The position numbers and the translations under genes are program-made. DNA of 20,000 nucleotides from Chiloscyllium plagiosum (taxonomy: Eukaryota), in contig NC_057719.1 of the NCBI RefSeq assembly GCF_004010195.1, forward strand, positions 2,529,888 through 2,549,887, given 5' to 3'. The notes below the pieces were generated by a model that did no database searches, had not been told where the DNA came from, and saw only the letters and a list, made by a program, of their open reading frames with translations. Below are positions 1-9,946 of the stretch, one piece after another; the first letter of the stretch is position 1; each line of letters opens with the position of its first letter.

Positions 1-320
1 GCCACTATCGCCACCTCACAAACTACTACTCCATGTAGCCTCTGATTGTCTCCCTGCATTGTTTGCTTGGGGCATCAAATGCACGACACAACTGTCCAAA
101 ACCACAGTTTGTGTTGTGTTGTGTGTATGTGTCTGTGAATGTGTGATTAAGGGAATACAGTTTGATTCTGGAACATAATTTAGGTGTTAATCAATGTTTT
201 CTGCAAATTATTTTCCTAATAAATGGATCATTTTGAGCTCAGTCAGGAAGCCTTTTATTCTGGATTGTAGCACAAAAGAGAAACAAAGCCTTGAAGCAAC
301 ACATTTATGATAATAGTGTG

Positions 321-803
321 TATGAACTTGTACAAGACACTTGTTAGACCTCAGTTACAGTACAGTGTACAGTAGGTGCCACATGTAAGGAAATATGTGA
401 ATGCATTGGAGAGAGTGCAGAATACATTGACTCAAATGGGCTCACAAATGAGAAACTTCAGTGATGAGGATCGATTCAAGAACAGTTTCTTCCCCACAAT
501 TATCGAATTTTGAATTGACCTTTTTAATGTTATTGCTGATCTCTCTCTCTCTCTCTCTGTACCTCCCCAGCAGCAGTAACATTGTACCCCGCACTCTGTT
601 ACTATGATGCACTCTGTAATCCTGGAAAGCATGTAAGACCTTTTCACTGTACCTCAGTACACGTGACAGTAATAAATCAAACCAAATCACTTTGATCTGT
701 TTTCCTTGGCGAGAAGTTCTGACAAGAAATTTGATTAAAGTTTTCAAAATCACATGCGAGCTGGAAAAAGTAGATATGGGCTGAAATAACTCCACTAATG
801 GAG
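321..803 (+). mobile_element. Old CR1 LINE ORF2 C-terminal fragment, split by a Rex1/Babar insertion (pieces ~321-471 and ~690-803)
   Basis: Translates to MNLYKTLVRPQLQYSVQ...KYVNALERVQ...RNFSDEDR, then resumes after 690 as DLFSLA...NLIKVFKI...LEKVD. These are the same motifs as the other CR1 copies in the window (LYKTLV.P.L.YCVQFW, LFSL, DLI..YKI). Confidence 0.75.
472..689 (+). mobile_element. 3' end of a Rex1/Babar-like LINE
   Basis: Starts with RFKNSFFPTII, a Rex1/Babar-type ORF C-terminal motif. It is followed by a UTR with (CT)n and ends ttttcactgtacctcagtacacgtgacagtaataaatcaaaccaaatca (AATAAA plus short-repeat tail). Confidence 0.65.
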
Positions 804-917
804 ATATCTCATCAGCAAGTCCCCCTTCATTTACACATGGAGAGTCCTTGACAGTGATCCAGCTTCCTCAAAGCTAACTCTCAGCGTGAAGAGAATCTCT
901 GACCCTCCTGTTTATAT
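803..917 (-). mobile_element. Possible LTR fragment of a third LTR family
   Basis: The minus strand has a TATA-like tataaacagg and a degenerate polyA-like gtaaatgaagggg. It resembles shark LTR sequence from memory only. Confidence 0.35.
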
Positions 918-989
918 ATTTTAAAAATTTTATTAACCAGTATAAATTAACAATAAAACAGTGCCTATAATAGTGACCCCTGGCAACTC

Positions 990-2488
990 TTTTGTTCAAG
1001 AAGGGGAGTAGAGACAGCCCTGGAAATTGTAGACCTGTGAGCCATACTTCGGTTGTGGGAAAAGTGTTGGAAAGGACTATAAGAGATAGGATTAATAATC
1101 ATTGAGAAAAGAATAAGTTGATTGGGGATAGTCAGCACGGTTTTGTAAAGGATAGGTCATGGCTCACAAACCTTATTGAGTTCTTTGAGAAGGTGACCAA
1201 ACAGGTGGATGAAGGTAAAGCAGTTGATGTGATGTATATGGATTTCAGTAAGGCATTTGATAAAGTTCCCCATGGTAGGCTGTTGCATAAAATATGGTGA
1301 CATGGGACTGAGGGTGATTTAGCAGTTTGGATCACAAATTGGCTAGCTGAAAGAAGACAGAGGGTAGTGTTGATGGGTAACATTCATTCTGGAGTTCAGT
1401 GGTGTACCACAAGGATCTGTTTTGGGTCCACTACTGTATGTCATTTTTATAAATGATGTGGATGCAGGCATAGAAAATGGGTTAGTAAATTTGTGGATGA
1501 CACTAAGATCGGTAGAGTGGATAGACCGGAAGATGTTGCAGGTTACAGAGAGGCATAGATAAGCTGCAGAGCTAAACTGAGAGGTGGCAAATTGAGTTTT
1601 ATGCAGAAAAGTGTGAGATGATTCATCTTGGAAGGAGCAACAGGAACATAGAGTACGAGGCTAATGGTAAGATACTTGGTAGCGCAGATGAGCAGAGAGA
1701 TCTCAGTGACCATGTACATAGATCCCTGAAAGTTGCCACACTGGTTAATAAGGTTGTTAAGAAGGCATACAGTGTGTTAGATTTTATTGGTAGAGGGATT
1801 GAGTTTCGGAACCATGAGGTCATGTTGCAGCAGTACAAAACTCTGGTGTGGCTGCACTTGGTGTATTGTGTACAGTTCTGGTCACAGCATTAAAGGAAGG
1901 ATGTGGAGGCTATGGAAAGGGTTCAGAGGACAGTGTGTTAGATTTTATTGGTAGAGGGATTGAGTTTCGGAACCATGAGGTCATGTTGCAGCTGTACAAA
2001 ACTCTGGTGTGGCTGCACTTGGTGTATTGTGTACAGTTCTGGTCACAGCATTATAGGAAGGATGGGGAGGCTATGGAAAGGGTTCAGAGGAGATTTACCA
2101 AGATGTTGCCTGGTGTGGAGGGAAGGTCTTATGAGTAAAGGCTGAGGGACTTGAGGCTGTTTCCATGAGAGAGAAGAAGGTTGAGAGGTGACTCAATAGA
2201 GACATATAAGATAATCAGAGGGTTAGATAGGGTGGACAGGGAGAGCCTTTTTCCACAGATGATGATGGCTAGTATGAGGGGACATTGCTTTAAATTGGGC
2301 GGTGATTGATAAAAGACAGATGTCAGAGGTAGTTTTTTTACTCAGAGAATAGTAGGGGCATGGAATGCACTGCCTTCAACAGTAGTAGACTTGCCAGGTT
2401 CAAGGGCATTTAAATAGCTATTGGATAGGCATATGGACGAGAATGGAATATATTAAGTTAGATGGGCTTCAGATTGGTTTCACAGGTC
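990..2488 (+). mobile_element. CR1 LINE, 5'-truncated RT pseudogene plus 3' UTR lacking its terminal stem-loop and tail
   Basis: [86 protein letters not shown]. Many frameshifts. Ends at ...tttcacaggtc, whereas the related copy continues ggcgcaacatcgagggccgaagggcc at 16269. Confidence 0.95.
1769..2090 (+). repeat. 161-bp direct tandem duplication inside the CR1 (1769-1929 / 1930-2090)
   Basis: acagtgtgttagatttt...ggttcagagg occurs twice, with 3 substitutions between copies. Confidence 0.97.
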
Positions 2489-2676
2489 TCTTTCTGAATC
2501 TGTGCCAATTTTCGAGGGTTATGCCTATAAGGATGTTGCTTAATTGGAACAGTATCTCCGATATCTACATCATGCACAATTAGGTTAGTACTTCCCAGTT
2601 TATTTCTGTATATCTTCCCATGTGATAGTAATAACTCTTTCAGGTCATTTTGATTTCCTTGTGGAAGGTATCCCAA
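2489..2676 (-). pseudogene. pol: Element A reverse transcriptase N-terminal stub
   Basis: LGSTNLIVHDVDIGDTVPIKQHPYRHNPRKLAQIQKE, homologous to element B AVENTAPIKQHPYQLNP. Truncated at the CR1 junction. Confidence 0.85.
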
Positions 2677-2799
2677 TTTTTCATAACTTCCCCATTGTCC
2701 AATTTGATGTGAGGAATGTCCAATGCAGAATCCTCTGAACGTGGTTCTTCCTTCTGTGCTGTAATCATTATCACCGTCTCCTCTTGCTTTCCTTCCCTA

Positions 2800-3960
2800 T
2801 CAAAATACCCTTTGAGCGTATTCACATGACACACTCTGTGAGATTTCTTCCTGTCTGGAGTCCTTAACAATTAGTTCACCTCACTCAATTTCCTCTTAAT
2901 TTGATAAGGTCCACTAAACCTTGCTTTTAAAGGCTCACCTATTACTGGGAGTAACACCAATACCTTATCCCCAATTGCAAAATTGCAAATTTGCAATTTC
3001 TTATCTGCTTCCTGTTGCATTGTATGCTGGGATATGTTTAAATGCTGCCTAGCCAACTCTCCAGCTCTATTTAATCGTCCTCTAAAATGTGACACATTGT
3101 CCAAATGGGTGGTCTCTGAATTCTGACTTATAAATTTCTCCTGAATCAGTTTTAACGATCCTCTTACTACATGTCCAAAAATTAATTCAAATGGACTGAA
3201 TTTGGTCGATTCATTTGGTGCATCTCTGATCGCAAAAAGTACAATCGGAATTCCCTTATCCCAATCATCTGGATAATCCTGACCATAAGCCCTCAACATG
3301 CTCTTTAGTGTTTGATGCCATCTCCCTGCAATTCCGGATGGTACGCAGTAGATTTGAATTATTTTATTCCCAAGTTATCCATAACCTCCTTGAATAGTTT
3401 GGATGTGAAGTTTGATCCTTGATCTGACTGAATCTCTATTGGTAGTCTGTATCTCGTACAAAATTTAAGTAATTCTTCTACAATCCTTTTAGCTGTGATG
3501 TTGCTTAGTGGGATTGCCTCTGGAAATCTAGGTGACCTATCCATTATTATACTTATTCTCCCATTTTATTTGAGGTTGGGGACCTACGCAACCAATCAAG
3601 ACTGGTGGAATGTGCCTCAAATGCTGGAATAGGTATTAAAGGTGCAGGTTTTTTACTGCCTGTGGTTTTCTGATTAGCTGACATGTGTGACACATCTCGC
3701 AAAATTCAACTACATCTTTGTGCAGCCCAGGCAAGTAAAAGTATCTTTGTATTTTAGCCTGTGTTTTCCTCATTCCTAAATGGCCTCCAAGTGGTAGCTC
3801 ATGCGCCACTTGCAGCACCTCCTTTCTATACCGTACTGGCAAAAGAATTTGATGAATCTCTGCCCATTTCTCATCTGCTTCAATGTGTGATGGTCTCCAC
3901 TTCCTCATTAAGACATCATTTGTTAAGTAATAACACACAGAGATGCATTCACTCTCCTTC
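2800..3960 (-). pseudogene. pol: Element A integrase (HHCC zinc finger, rve core, GPY/F region)
   Basis: AHELPLGGHLGMRKT...CEMCHTC; FPEAIPL; IQSDQGSNF; LFAIRDAPNESTKFSPFELIFG; GDKVLVLLP...ARFSGPY; HVNTLKGY. Confidence 0.92.
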
Positions 3961-4269
3961 TCTGTATGTGCATTTTGATACAACTGTTTTAACTTCTCAT
4001 CTTTCTGCTGTAACTCAATAAGCATAGCAGAGCTAAAGATACTTGCATGTACCCATTCTGTCCCACTTATCTGATCAAGGAAAGTTTCTGATAAAGCTAT
4101 GTCAGCTTCCTTATCTGTGCCCTTTGATCTCTCCTGCTTCAGCTTGTTCCTCTGTGATCTTGTGATCACACAATCAGGGAAAATTCCTGGATAAACATTC
4201 TCCATGTCTTTAGTTGCCTGCGTCTCTACTGGCTCTTCAACTAGAGGAGGCAGCACACCTACTGGTGAA

Positions 4270-4560
4270 TCAGCTATATCATTCGCAAGGACAATTTTTA
4301 TTCTTGGAGCTGAGAGTGTGTCCAGTACTCCTACCACAAATTCCCCACTCTTGTTGGTCTCTCTTGCCTCACTTTATGTAACTGAGCACTTTTTTGTCTC
4401 ACCATGAATTCCTGTTACCAGCACCTTTTCTGGCAGTAGTCCCTCAGGAGTACATATCTCCTCATCCTTCAGCAATACAGACTGAGAGGATCCTGTGCCC
4501 CTTTAATACTGTAACCTCTATACCTGTTACTCCTGGCTTCTGTGAATAAACTTTACCCTG
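4270..4560 (-). pseudogene. pol: Element A aspartic protease (frameshifted)
   Basis: Minus strand gtattaaaggggcacaggatcctctcagtct is a degenerate VL(R/K)-(D)TGSSQS. Downstream IVLANDIA is a variant of the ILGND motif. Confidence 0.75.
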
Positions 4561-4679
4561 GCACGTATATTTTTTAAGCAGATCTGGGACTTCCTCCTTA
4601 ATCGATCTCTGACCATCTTGTGCACTCTGGGGCAGTTGTCTAACCTCCCTGGTGCTTTTTGTTACTAGTCCAACAAAAC

Positions 4680-5490
4680 TCCCAGGCTTGTTCAGTTTTC
4701 CTACATCTGCCTTTCTCCTCACCCACCAACACTGTGATTTTGTGTCGCCCACTTTATTACAATGAAAATACTTGAGCTTTTTAACCTCTTTGTCCCTCTC
4801 AGGGGTTTCTTTTTCACCCTGTGGTAAGTTCTCCTTGTGATCTTCACTGAGATTTACCTTTCCCTTTCCACGTGAGGGTATCTCTTTGCCCCAGTTTCTA
4901 TCCCTCATGGACTGAAATTGATTCTGGAAGCCAAACCATGTTTTATGGACTTGCTCATAACCATCAGCCACTCCAGCTGCTAACCTCGCTGTTTTAACTC
5001 TCTGCTCTTCCACATGAGTTTGCACTACTTCCTTGCTAAGGTTACCCTCAGCCTTTATCTCCAGCTTTTTCATCTGACTTCCCTTTTTAAATGTCAGTTT
5101 TTGAAGTTCAAAAATTCTCTCTTTTTCTTTCTCTTTTATTGCTCTCTCTTTTTCTCACTCTTCCTCTTCTCTCTCTTTTTCTTTCTCTTCTGCTTCTAAT
5201 CGTGACTCAAACTGTTTCATTTCTGCTGTTTCCTTATCTCTCACCTCTAACTTAAACTGCTTCATTTGCAATTGAATTCTTGCCATCTCGAGAGGTTCTG
5301 ATGGCTTCTCCAGCAAGTTTAAATGCTGAGAATTACTGCTGGAATTATCTCTCCCTTACTCACAGAAGCAGGTCGGTCCAATTCCAGCTTCTCTGCTAAT
5401 TCCTGCAGCTTGATCTTATTCACTTTTTGCAAAAACTTCCAAACTCACAGCATCCACTTCCAGAAAACTTTTGGCAACTGAAAGAGCCAT
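4680..5490 (-). pseudogene. gag: Element A gag (coiled coil plus zinc knuckle; central region deleted)
   Basis: ATG at 5490, purine-rich E/K/R coiled-coil stretch ~5115-5280, THVEEQRVKTARLAA..ADGYEQVHK, and YFHCNKVGDTKSQCW. Confidence 0.85.
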
Positions 5491-5569
5491 TCTTATCCCA
5501 AACTTTGTCTACCCAACCAAACCAACACCCGAAATAAAGACACTAACACCTCCCACTCGGTGTTTAAAA

Positions 5570-5588
5570 CCCTGGAAAGAGTCCCCAA
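5570..5588 (-). promoter_or_regulatory. Primer-binding site of element A (degenerate, tRNA-Pro-like)
   Basis: The minus strand reads (ga)ttggggactctttccaggg directly after the LTR end ...ataaca. This resembles TGGGGGCTCGTCCGGGAT, the complement of the tRNA-Pro 3' end. Confidence 0.55.
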
Positions 5589-5590
5589 TC

Positions 5591-6398
5591 TGTTATGGAC
5601 TGGGCCAGACCACTCAAAACATTCTTCAGCAGGCAGCCCAGACCATAACTCTGCAATTTGTTTTGGTAAGCGTACAGTGAAAATTACCCGGAGTAAGTTA
5701 GCCGGGTTGACTACCAGGTTTTAAAACAGACAGAAATTTATTCACAAAATTAATATGAAACACAAAGAACAGAATAAAGAACCCCTACAGAACTCAGTCT
5801 GTCCAAACTAGACTTAATTCTACTGTTCCAAATATACACAACAATCCCAATAAGCAAACTCCCTTAAAAGATAAAATAATTGAACAGATGCTTACAGATT
5901 GAAGTTAGAGGGGCAGAAGGAGAGAGAGAGAGTCTGTTTCCAAACAGCTCAACTCCTAACTAGTTCTGGGCTGAACTGCTCAGCTAGAGAGCTGACCACT
6001 CCCCTTTCATTATACAGGTCACTTCTAAAGCATGACCACTTTGGCCTGAAGTCTCATCTGTTTACATATAAACAGAAGGCATCTCAAAGTCCTTTCTCAT
6101 CTCTGTACCAAACCAGTCAAGTCGGAGCTGGGAGCTGTTTACAACTCCTCCAAAAAAAGCTAGAGAGCTGACCACTCCCCTTTCATTATACAGGTCACTT
6201 CTAAAGCATGACCACTTTGGCCTGAAGTCTCATCTGTTTACATATAAACAGAAGGCATCTCAAAATCCTTTCTCATCTCTGTACCAAACCAGTCAAGTCG
6301 GAGCTGGGAGCTGTTTACAACCCCTCCAAAAAAACCAAGGACACAGTATCCTTGAGAAAAGGAACAGCTTTTAGAAAAAAGGGGGCAGCTTTGTGACA
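5591..6398 (-). repeat. 5' LTR of element A (808 bp including a 176-bp internal duplication)
   Basis: TG...CA termini (tgttat...gtgaca) with an imperfect terminal inverted repeat. Adjacent to the PBS. Minus-strand tataat motifs and aataaa at ~5737-5742. Confidence 0.88.
5982..6333 (+). repeat. 176-bp direct tandem duplication within LTR A (5982-6157 / 6158-6333)
   Basis: agctagagagctgaccactcccc...cctccaaaaaa occurs twice, with 2 substitutions. Confidence 0.97.
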
Positions 6399-6675
6399 CC
6401 TGAACATGAAAAATGACCATTCACCAATTGGGATACATTAGTCAACTTTCTTCTGTGTGTGTCTCAACAGCAAGTTCAGAGTAAGTGTTAGACACCTGAC
6501 AGTGGAGTGTATGAAACATTCTACTTATCTGAAGCACTTGTGATCAATTTATCTGTAAGAGAAGGTCCCGATTGTGAACTTCATTAGCTTTTACATTCTG
6601 AGGTTTTACACCACAGCAGAAACAGGAGATTGTTGCAATATTAAACATAATTGGCTGCCAGGAGACCATGCTGGC

Positions 6676-6748
6676 AGGGCAACTAGTGACAGCCAATAAA
6701 TGCTTGTCAGCCAGTGATGCTGACATCCCATGAGTGAGTAAAAAAAAA
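6676..6748 (+). mobile_element. Isolated 3' tail of a CR1-like LINE (same family as 11546-11661)
   Basis: agggcaactagtgacagccaataaatgcttgtcagccagtgatgctgacatcccatgagtgagt(A)9 aligns by eye with the tail at 11592-11661. Confidence 0.75.
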
Positions 6749-6835
6749 GCAACAAAGGTTGCAAAATAGCTGTGAAGCAGTGATCGGAAGTATTAGCATA
6801 ATATTGTGTAAAAGCCATGGGCCTCTCACATCTGA

Positions 6836-6881
6836 AAACAACTAATGCTGAAGATCACAGCAGGTCAGACAGCATCTGCAG
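6836..6881 (-). mobile_element. Tiny Penelope-like terminal-repeat fragment
   Basis: tgctgaagatcacagcaggtcagacagcatc resembles tgctggaaaagcacagcag(g/t)tcaggcagcatc in the PLE copies at 9248 and 9863. Confidence 0.6.
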
Positions 6882-6999
6882 TAATTTGCTCCTACACGGG
6901 GCATTTCATATCTGTTGGACAATCTGATTCAGCAATGTTGTGACTACAAGACTCTATATGGTGCTGCATTTAACAGGAGGGAGAGCATCTAGTTTCATA

Positions 7000-7282
7000 T
7001 ATGTCTCTCCCATTGCCTTTTCTGAGCTAACCGCATCTTACTGAATTTTATCTCCAATTCCCCTGACCCTGTTTCCCCTTAAACTATTGGTCAGTATTTT
7101 CACTTTCCAGTCACCATGTTATCCTGTTTATGGTTGGTAAAGACTCTTTCCCTTCAGCCATTGCTTCTCTTTCTTTTAAATTTGCTGTCTGCATTGCCCG
7201 CCTCAAAGAAAGCATTTTTAACCTGATAAACCTTCCAAATTAACATCCAATCTCCAACTTCCATTTCGCCTCCATGGTCTTG
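7000..7282 (+). mobile_element. Ancient L2-like LINE RT fragment
   Basis: Degenerate DP.P..L region and ccaaattaacatccaatctccaacttccatttcgcctccatggtcttgg, which approximates NYRPISNLPFLSKVLE. Pyrimidine-rich composition is typical of L2. Confidence 0.55.
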
Positions 7283-7652
7283 GCCATCTCAGTCAGTAAT
7301 GGTGCTGCTGACACCAATCTTGGTGATGCAGATTGAGGTCTTCCACCCAGAATACAGCCTGTGCCCTTGTCACCCTCTGTACATTTTCAAGATGAGGTTC
7401 TGTGTTTTTCAGGCTGGAAAAGTACGGACTCATCAACTGAGAGGTGGTGTCACTTGGTAATGAGTAGATGTTTTCCTTTCCTATTTGTAACCTGATGTTC
7501 TTGGACTTCACGGGGTCTGGAATCAATGTTGACGTTTCCCAGGGCAACTCCCTCCCGAGTGTACACCATTGTGGTGCCACCTCTGCTGGGTCTGTTCAGA
7601 GATGGTGATGGTGGTGTCTATGACCTTGTAAGGTATGATTCTGTGAGTATGA
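7280..7652 (-). mobile_element. APE endonuclease region of a CR1-like LINE
   Basis: Minus strand, across frameshifts: ILTESYLT...DTTITI...RPSRGGTTMVYTREGVALGNVNIDS...EPHLENVQRVTRAQAVFWVEDLNLHHQDW. This contains the TE(S/T), RGGG and GDFN-like APE motifs. Confidence 0.75.
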
Positions 7653-7863
7653 ACTTGCAGGTGGTGTTCCCATGTATCTGCTGCCTCTGTCACTCTAGAT
7701 GGAAGTGGCTGTGGGTTTGGAAGGCACTGTCTGAGGATCTTTGGTGAATTTCTGCTGTGCATCTTGTAGATGGTACACACTGCTGCTACTGAGCGTCGGT
7801 GGCAGCGGGAGTGGGTGTTTCTGAATGTGGCGCCAATAAAGTGGGCTGCTTTGTACTTGATAA

Positions 7864-8652
7864 TCATAGAGTCATAGAGATTACAGCACAGGAAACAGAC
7901 TCTTCAGTCCAACTCGTCCATGCCGACCAGGTATCCCAACCTAACCTAGTCCCACTTGCCAGCACCCGGCCCATATCCCTCTAAACCCTTCCTGTTCATA
8001 TATTCATCCAGATGCCTTTTAAATGTTGCAATGGTACCAGCCTCCACCACTTCCTTTGGCAGCTCATTCCATACATGCACCACCCTTTGTGTAAAAAAGG
8101 TTGCCCCTTAGGTCTTTTTTATATCTTTCCCCTCTCACCCTAAACCTATGCCCTCTAGTTTTAGACTCCCCCATCCCAGGGAAAAGACTTTGTCTATTTA
8201 TCATGATTTTATAAACTTTTATAAGGTCACCCCTCAGCCTCCGGTGCTCCAGGGAAAACAGCCCCAGCCTATTCAACCTCTCCTTGTAGCTCAAATCCTC
8301 CAACCCTGGCAACATCCTTGTCTTAGAGGTTACACAACATCTTTCCGATAGGAAAGAGACCAGAATTACACACAATATTCCAACAGTGGCCTAACCAATG
8401 TCCTGTACAGCTGCAACATGACCTCCCAACTCCTGTACTCAATACTCTGACCAATAAAGGAAAGCATACCAAACATCTTCTTCACTATCCTATCTACCTG
8501 CAACTCTACTTTCAGGGAGCTGTGAACCTGCACTCCAAGGTCTCTTTGTTCAGCAACACTCCCTAGGACCTTACCATTAAGTGTATAAGTCCTGCTAAGA
8601 TTTACTTTCCTAAAATGCAGCACCTCACACATTTATCTAAATTAAACTTCAT
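7864..8652 (-). mobile_element. CR1 LINE 3' fragment with intact HER1/HE1-type tail, nested in the second LINE
   Basis: CEVLHFRK...QRDLGVQVHSSLKV...LYRTLVRPLLEYCV...RMLPGLEDLSYKERLNRLGLFSLEHRRLRGDLI. The tail on the minus strand is gttggactgaagagtctgtttcctgtgctgtaatctctatgactctatga. Confidence 0.93.
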
Positions 8653-9231
8653 ACCGATTCCCCATCCAGGCAAGTGGAGTGTGTTCCATCACCCTCCCGA
8701 CCTGTGCCTTGTAGGTGGTGGACAGATTTTGGAGAGTCAGGAGGTGAGTTACTCACTACAGTATTCCCAGTCTCTGAGCTGCTCATGTCGCCGTTGTGTG
8801 TATGTGGTGACTCAAAGTTGAGTTTCTGGTCAATAATAACCTCTAAGACATTGATAGTAGGGAATTAGGTGACGGTAACATCATTGAATGTAAAGGCGGA
8901 GTGTTCAAAGTTGTTTTTATTTGACGTGGACATTGCCTGGCATTTGTGTGGCAGGAATGTCACTTGCCACTTGTCGCCCCAAGCCTGGAGATTGTCCAGA
9001 TCTTGTTGCATTTGGACACGGACTGCTTCAGTATCTGGGGAGTCACAAATGGTGCTGAACATTGTGCAATCATCAGCGAACATCCCCACTTCTGACCTTA
9101 TGATGGAGGGAAGGTCATTGATGAAGCAGCTGAAGATGGTTAGGCTCAGGACACTCCCCTGAGGAACTCCTGTAGCGATGTCCTGGAGCTGAGATGACTG
9201 ACCTCCAATGATCACAGCTATCTATCTATGT

Positions 9232-9438
9232 TCTAGGTTAGAGTGGTGCTGGAAAAGCACAGCAGTTCAGGTAGCATCCAAGGACCAGGAAAATCAACGT
9301 TTCGGGCAAAAGTCCTTAATCAGGAATTGCCCGAAACGTCGATTTTCCTGCTCCTCGGATGCTGCCTGACCTGCTGTGATTTTCCAGCACCACTCTAACC
9401 TAGAATCTGGTTTCCAGCATCTGCAGTCCTCATTTTAC
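9232..9438. mobile_element. Penelope-like terminal-repeat mini-insertion forming an inverted repeat, with a TSD
   Basis: Arms 9231-9309 and 9327-9405 are reverse complements with 6 mismatches in 79 bp. Homologous to the PLE 3' end at 12370-12444. Flanked by ctatctatctatgt (9218-9231) and ctatttatctatgt (9439-9452). Confidence 0.88.
9292..9327 (-). ncRNA. Degenerate minimal hammerhead ribozyme motif (PLE type)
   Basis: Minus strand ATTC-CTGATTA-A-GGAC-TTTT-GCCC-GAAA-CGTT-GATT. G8 and stem II are mutated. Confidence 0.5.
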
Positions 9439-9811
9439 CTATTTATCTATGTGTCAGGTATGACTCTAACCAGTGGAGTGTTTGCCCCCGATGCCCATTG
9501 ATGCCAGTTTTGCTGAGACTTCTTCAAGCCACACTCGGTCGAATACAGCCTTGATGTCAAAGGGCTGTCCCTCTCCCCTCCCCTCTGGAACTCAGCTCTT
9601 TTGTCCATGTTTGAACCAAGGCTGCAACGGGGTCAGGAGCTGAGTGGCCCTGGCAGAACCCAGGACGTTGTAATTGAGTAGATGCAGCTTAATAGCACTG
9701 TTGCCGACATCTTCCATCACTTTACTGATGGCTGAGAGTTGGCTGATGGGACGGTAATTGGCTGCGTTGGATTTGTCCTGCTTTTTTTTTGTACAGGACA
9801 TACCTGTGCTG

Positions 9812-9946
9812 CTAGGAGGAAGTGAGGACTGCAGATGCTCGAGATTAGAGTTGAGAGACCGGTGCTGGAAAAGCATAGCAGGTCAGGCAGCATTCGAGAA
9901 ACAGGAGAATCGATGTTTCAGGCATAAGCCCTTCATCAGTATTGAG
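9812..9946 (-). mobile_element. Penelope-like terminal-repeat mini-insertion (different subfamily) with 8-bp TSD and hammerhead-like core
   Basis: Minus strand CTGATGA-A-GGGC-TTAT-GCCT-GAAA-CATC-GATTctcctg...gctgcctgacctgctatgcttttccagcacc...gcatctgcagtcctcacttctccct. Flanked by ctgtgctg at 9804-9811 and 9947-9954. Confidence 0.8.

Larger units (their letters stand above)
2489..6398 (-). mobile_element. Gmr1-like Ty3/Gypsy LTR retrotransposon A (5' LTR, PBS, gag, PR, IN, start of RT); 3' half missing
   Basis: Minus-strand order: LTR 6398-5591, gag ATG 5490 (MALSVAKSFLEV), CCHC-like knuckle, protease, integrase HHCC and core, GPY/F region, then RT N-terminus HDVDIGDTVPIKQHPYRHNP. Confidence 0.93.

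Noticed and set aside
1..315. Possible LTR remnant (TG-rich tract, AATAAA at ~218)
   Set aside because: No identifiable termini, PBS or PPT, and it is truncated by the window edge.
5014..5199. Hydrophobic F/L-rich ORF as a membrane peptide
   Set aside because: It is the antisense reading of the purine-rich coiled-coil region of gag.
1769..6333. CRISPR-like array or satellite from the direct repeats
   Set aside because: These are two unrelated two-copy duplications with no spacers, in a eukaryotic context.
7864..7990. HE1 SINE
   Set aside because: The tail is continuous with CR1 ORF2 coding sequence and there is no tRNA-derived head, so it is the LINE itself.
9231..9405. MITE, DNA transposon or pre-miRNA
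   Set aside because: The arms are homologous to the Penelope terminal repeat at 12370-12444, and there is an asymmetric tail and a long TSD.
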